The translations under genes and the position numbers were made by a program. This document shows positions 60,567 through 64,000 of a DNA stretch of 64,000 bases, piece after piece (within the stretch, counting starts at the first letter, position 1; each line of letters starts with the position of its first letter). The stretch comes from Candidatus Latescibacterota bacterium (GTDB taxonomy: Bacteria > Latescibacterota > UBA2968 > GCA-2709665), in NCBI GenBank assembly GCA_965222075.1, contig OZ244937.1, forward strand, positions 480,001 through 544,000. The letters are read 5' to 3'. The notes beneath the pieces are model-generated. The model saw nothing but the letters and a program-made list of their open reading frames with translations, did not search any database and was not told the origin of the DNA.

Positions 60567-60955
60567 CAGCAATTTCCGGTTAGGATTTTGCTGGAGTCGA
60601 AAAGCTGTTAAAATCTCCGTAAGATATTTCTAAACAAAATGTTAAGCATAAAAACTTGCTTCGATACGACCGATATCTACCTTGGATAACCCTGCCAAAC
60701 GGCGCTCTCGGAACCCATCGCCTTCGGGATGGTGTCCAGATTGCTCGACTCGACTGCTCTTTGATCAAAAAGACTGCGCCGAAAGGCCCAAATCGTCCAA
60801 AAGACCGTTGGAAAGGCCTCGTTTGTATCCGATTTTTCGCTCGGAATCCTCAAGTTAGGGTGGTATGGCAAGAAAGGCTTCTGAGTTAAATATTTGTTTC
60901 TAATTGCCTTATTAAACGTTCCTCTGGCAAGCAATTTTCTAACCGGAAATTACTG
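60567..60955. mobile_element. 389-bp MITE or internally deleted IS with 8-bp TSD
   Basis: IRs CAGCAATTTCCGGTTAG / CTAACCGGAAATTACTG; CTGTAGAT duplicated at 60559-60566 and 60956-60963. Confidence 0.88.
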
Positions 60956-61065
60956 CTGTAGATAGACTATAAGGTACTTTTGGCGCCATTCCGAAGGACT
61001 GTTTCGGGTATTCGTGGTGGAGGTCGGCTGAACGCCGGATTGAGGACGTGACGCACTCCGGTTAA

Positions 61066-61359
61066 ATGGATACCCCTAATAACGATACTATCGCCCTGCT
61101 CGGCCTCGACGCCGAGGGAAGGCTCGTCGGCGGCTGTTCGACCAGTGGCTGGGGCTATAAGCTGCCGGGCCGCGTGGGCGACTCGCCGATCATCGGCAGT
61201 GGGCTTTTCGTCGATGGGGGCGTGGGCGCGGCCAGCACCAACGAGGGATTCGAATACGCCGTCACCTATCCCGTCTACAGCGGAGTGCTCACGGGCGTCG
61301 GGCTAAGCGCGGGTGGTTACACGCAACCGGGAAATTCTTGTCCTCTCATCAGAGGATAG
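61066..61359 (+). pseudogene. Glycosylasparaginase/isoaspartyl peptidase remnant (Ntn hydrolase)
   Basis: DTIALL..STSG.GYKLPGRVGDSPIIGSG; N-terminal half and middle are missing. Confidence 0.7.
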
Positions 61360-62074
61360 TCGGGCTTTTCTTCCGGGGAGCCTGTCCAGCGGGACCTGGC
61401 GCTCATGTAATGAGACGCGAGCCCACGCCGTCGGTTGGGTGAGTTGTTGGGGCCGGACCGATGCAGGATCAGGCTGTGGTGAAAAGAGACGCTGCCGGCC
61501 TGCATCGTAATGGGGACTTCCCTGTTGCGGTCGAAAGCGGAGTCGGGTACGCACATGTCCTTTCGATCGCCGACCATCCAGACCTGGCTGTGCTCGAGCG
61601 GTCCACCCTGTGGCTTCCCGGAATGACCCACATACAGCCGTTCTCCAGGGTAACATCGTCAATCGCGGCCCATGAGCTGACCAGAGCCATCGGTTCTATC
61701 AAAAAATACGGGGAATCCTGGTGGTACGTCTTTTCAATGCCTCCGGGAGGTTTCAAGAAAAACTGGTCTCCCATGAGTTTGATATCAGGCCCAAGCAGGC
61801 TCTCAACAACATCCAGGATACCGGGGTTGCGGGCATGGTCCAGGAAGACCTGATCGTATTGGGCGCAGTTGTTTAACTTGCGAACGTTGTCCATCTGCCG
61901 GGTTTGAGCTGCATTGGGTTCGAATTCCAGGTGTTCCTCGGGGAAATCGGTCCGTCCTTCCACAATATCGACAATCCGGCGGCGGATGGTTTCCAATTCA
62001 GGCTGTGATAGAAGGTCCTCCACGATCAGAAAACCATCCAGTTCGTATTGAGCCACCTGCTCTTCACCAGGCAT
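61317..62074 (-). CDS. PhyH-family dioxygenase with a frameshift near 61607 (likely indel)
   Basis: HQDSPYF, ENGCMWVIPGSH, then FHHSLILHRSGPN in the next frame; one extra G restores the frame. Confidence 0.8.
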
Positions 62075-62145
62075 TGCGTCTCCTCCTTTCCCATCGTAGA
62101 AACATCCGGGTAAACCCACGGTCGTTCGGCGTCTGTGGAGCCGCC

Positions 62146-63270
62146 TCAGTGGGCTTCGTCCAGAAGACGACAGCGCAGGTCGTGGGGAATCGAGGCGGCG
62201 TGGATCTCCGGCCGGCCGGTGCGACAGGAGTTGAAGACCACCCATCGGGCGTCGGGCGAGAGATAGGCATGAGCGTGGGCGCTCTGGCCATATTGGGCCA
62301 TGATCTCCCGGGTCTGCGGTCCGCACGGGCAGATGACGGCGCGGCGGCCGGTTGCGATAGCGCCGACAACGATCTCACCGGCCCGAATCCGGTCCGCACA
62401 GAACAGCTGACCGCATACCGATGCATGCACGTGAGCGAAGCCGTCGTCCTCACAGACCGGTCGCGCCGGTGCGCCAGCGCATACCGTCAGCAGATTCCCG
62501 GGCCGATACGGATCGCTGTTCACCGTTAGCAGCACCTCGTGCGTGTCCGCGATCCACTGTTGATGTCCGGTGCAGCTGGGGGTGTGCGGCGGGCCTACCT
62601 GCAAAGGCGCAATCGCCCCGTTGTGCGCGTCCACGGTGAACAGGGTACAGCCCTGCTCACCTAACCACGTTACCACGGTTCCGTCGGACTTGAACCGGCA
62701 GCCGCGATTCTGCTGCACCAGCACGCGGTGTGCGTCGCCCGGATCGATCTGCGTGTGGGGATTCGAGATGAAGGGGTCCTCGCAGATGATCCGCCGCTCG
62801 CCCGTCTCGAGGTCGACGAACTCGACGCCGAACATCTGCGGCTCGAAGCTCAGCGCGACGCCGTATGCCAGGTAGCGCTCGTCTGCGGATATGGTCATGC
62901 CGGTGTAGGGACGCACACCGCCGTTGACGGGGATCGCGCGGGACTGGCCGGTTGCCATGTCCACGCGCACGAGTTCGCGTTCTACGTCCGTGCCCGGGCG
63001 AGCAAAGTAGAGGCCGCCCCGAGGGCTGATTTCCGGGTAGGAGTGACCGATGCCCAGCACGCGCGTCTGCCAGGTGCCGAACTCGCACGCGATGTACTCA
63101 GCGGTGAAGTGCCACCCGGTCGGTCCCCTGGTCGAGACCTGTCGTTGAAACACGAACCAGCGCGCGTCGGGCGTGCAATAGCTGCGCTCACAGTAGATGT
63201 TGTCCTTCAGTTGTTCGTCGTCGGTCACCTGGTGCACGCTGCCGCCGTTGTCGAGACGCTCAATGTTCAC
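62146..63270 (-). CDS. Oligogalacturonate-lyase-like propeller protein
   Basis: NIYCE, NPHTQ, GHQQW, HAHAYLSPDARWVVFNS..TGRP. Confidence 0.7.
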   Translation of the reverse strand: MNIERLDNGGSVHQVTDDEQLKDNIYCERSYCTPDARWFVFQRQVSTRGPTGWHFTAEYIACEFGTWQTRVLGIGHSYPEISPRGGLYFARPGTDVERELVRVDMATGQSRAIPVNGGVRPYTGMTISADERYLAYGVALSFEPQMFGVEFVDLETGERRIICEDPFISNPHTQIDPGDAHRVLVQQNRGCRFKSDGTVVTWLGEQGCTLFTVDAHNGAIAPLQVGPPHTPSCTGHQQWIADTHEVLLTVNSDPYRPGNLLTVCAGAPARPVCEDDGFAHVHASVCGQLFCADRIRAGEIVVGAIATGRRAVICPCGPQTREIMAQYGQSAHAHAYLSPDARWVVFNSCRTGRPEIHAASIPHDLRCRLLDEAH

Positions 63271-63294
63271 ATTGTCCTCCGTCTGTTCGGCCCC

Positions 63295-63942
63295 CTACGC
63301 CTTGTAATATTCCACCGTGTTGCCCGCCAGGTCCCAGACCCGGTTCACCAGGGCCTGCCGCCGGGTCTTGTCCATCGTTTTGAACGAACGGGCCAGTTCG
63401 ATCTTTTCCGCCATCTGCTTCCGGTTATCCGGTCCTGTAATCAGCACGCTCACCGGCAGCGACCAGACAAAGTGGATCGCTTCGGCCACACTCACCCGGT
63501 TCGGAATCAGAGCCGGTTTCACCTCCTGCTCGTCCTTTTGGTCTGTGCCGAAGAACCTGCCGTTCGACAGGGTTTTCATTGCCAGTACGCCGATGTTGCG
63601 TTCGGTCAGGGTCGGCAGGACCCGTTCGATGAAGCTTTCATAGGAGGGGTCCAGCAGGTTGACGGGCATCTGGCAGGTCTCGAAAATATCCGTTTTTTCC
63701 AGCACGCGCTCGATGACGGCCTGTGCTTCGGTTTCGCTCATCTTCCCACCGATATGCCATCCGCCAATGCCCAACATGGTGACCTTTTCACCCGTGCGTC
63801 CCAGCATCCGCCGGGGCAGCAGCTCTCCCAGGCGGTCGCTCGGGCTGCATCCTGATAAAGCAAAAGGCGCTGCGGGCACCATCAAGCTTGCCGTTACCCC
63901 TGCCAGCGACTTCAAGAATTCACGACGTTCCATCCGTTCCAT
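63295..63942 (-). pseudogene. Tat-signal aldo/keto reductase with a large internal in-frame deletion
   Basis: RREFLK Tat motif; LGIGGWHIG..EAQAVIE joins directly to RVLE..CQMPVN..AMKTL. The DTA..Y..K catalytic region is missing. Confidence 0.65.
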
Positions 63943-64000
63943 GTCCGGTGTTCCTTTTTTGTTTACGATCGGCCCTATTTGAACGCCGCATCCACGGCCA

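Overview
GC-rich bacterial window. The gene content (plant-type LRR proteins, ankyrin-ECF sigma, PhyH, Gfo/Idh/MocA, FlgD-Ig and dockerin-like domains) resembles sponge-associated Latescibacterota-like symbionts; this is inference only. 1-8 kb: secreted/outer-membrane genes and a K+ channel. 8.2-27.7 kb: accessory island with two large secreted LRR proteins, a cohesin/FlgD-Ig protein, a sigma54 activator, a KAP NTPase, IS, MITE and group II intron debris, and an OmpA-like gene split by tandem MITEs. 27.7-57.4 kb: mostly housekeeping and catabolic genes, including lysine riboswitch-dapA-pckG-dapB, purD, purE, pyrH, tRNA-Cys and tRNA-Leu. 57.4-64 kb: a decaying segment. The most striking signal is a family of tiny (19-33 bp) palindromic units, CCTG(C/T)CTG...CAG(G/A)CAGG. 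Where the empty site can be reconstructed, they sit at R^Y dinucleotides with no target duplication. They nest inside each other and inside REPs, and nearly all copies in reading frames are multiples of 3 (four in one transposase, plus purD and the NtrC-type gene). A second family of about 23 bp (TGAGC..GTCGAA) behaves similarly. Several single-base homopolymer frameshifts suggest assembly indels.
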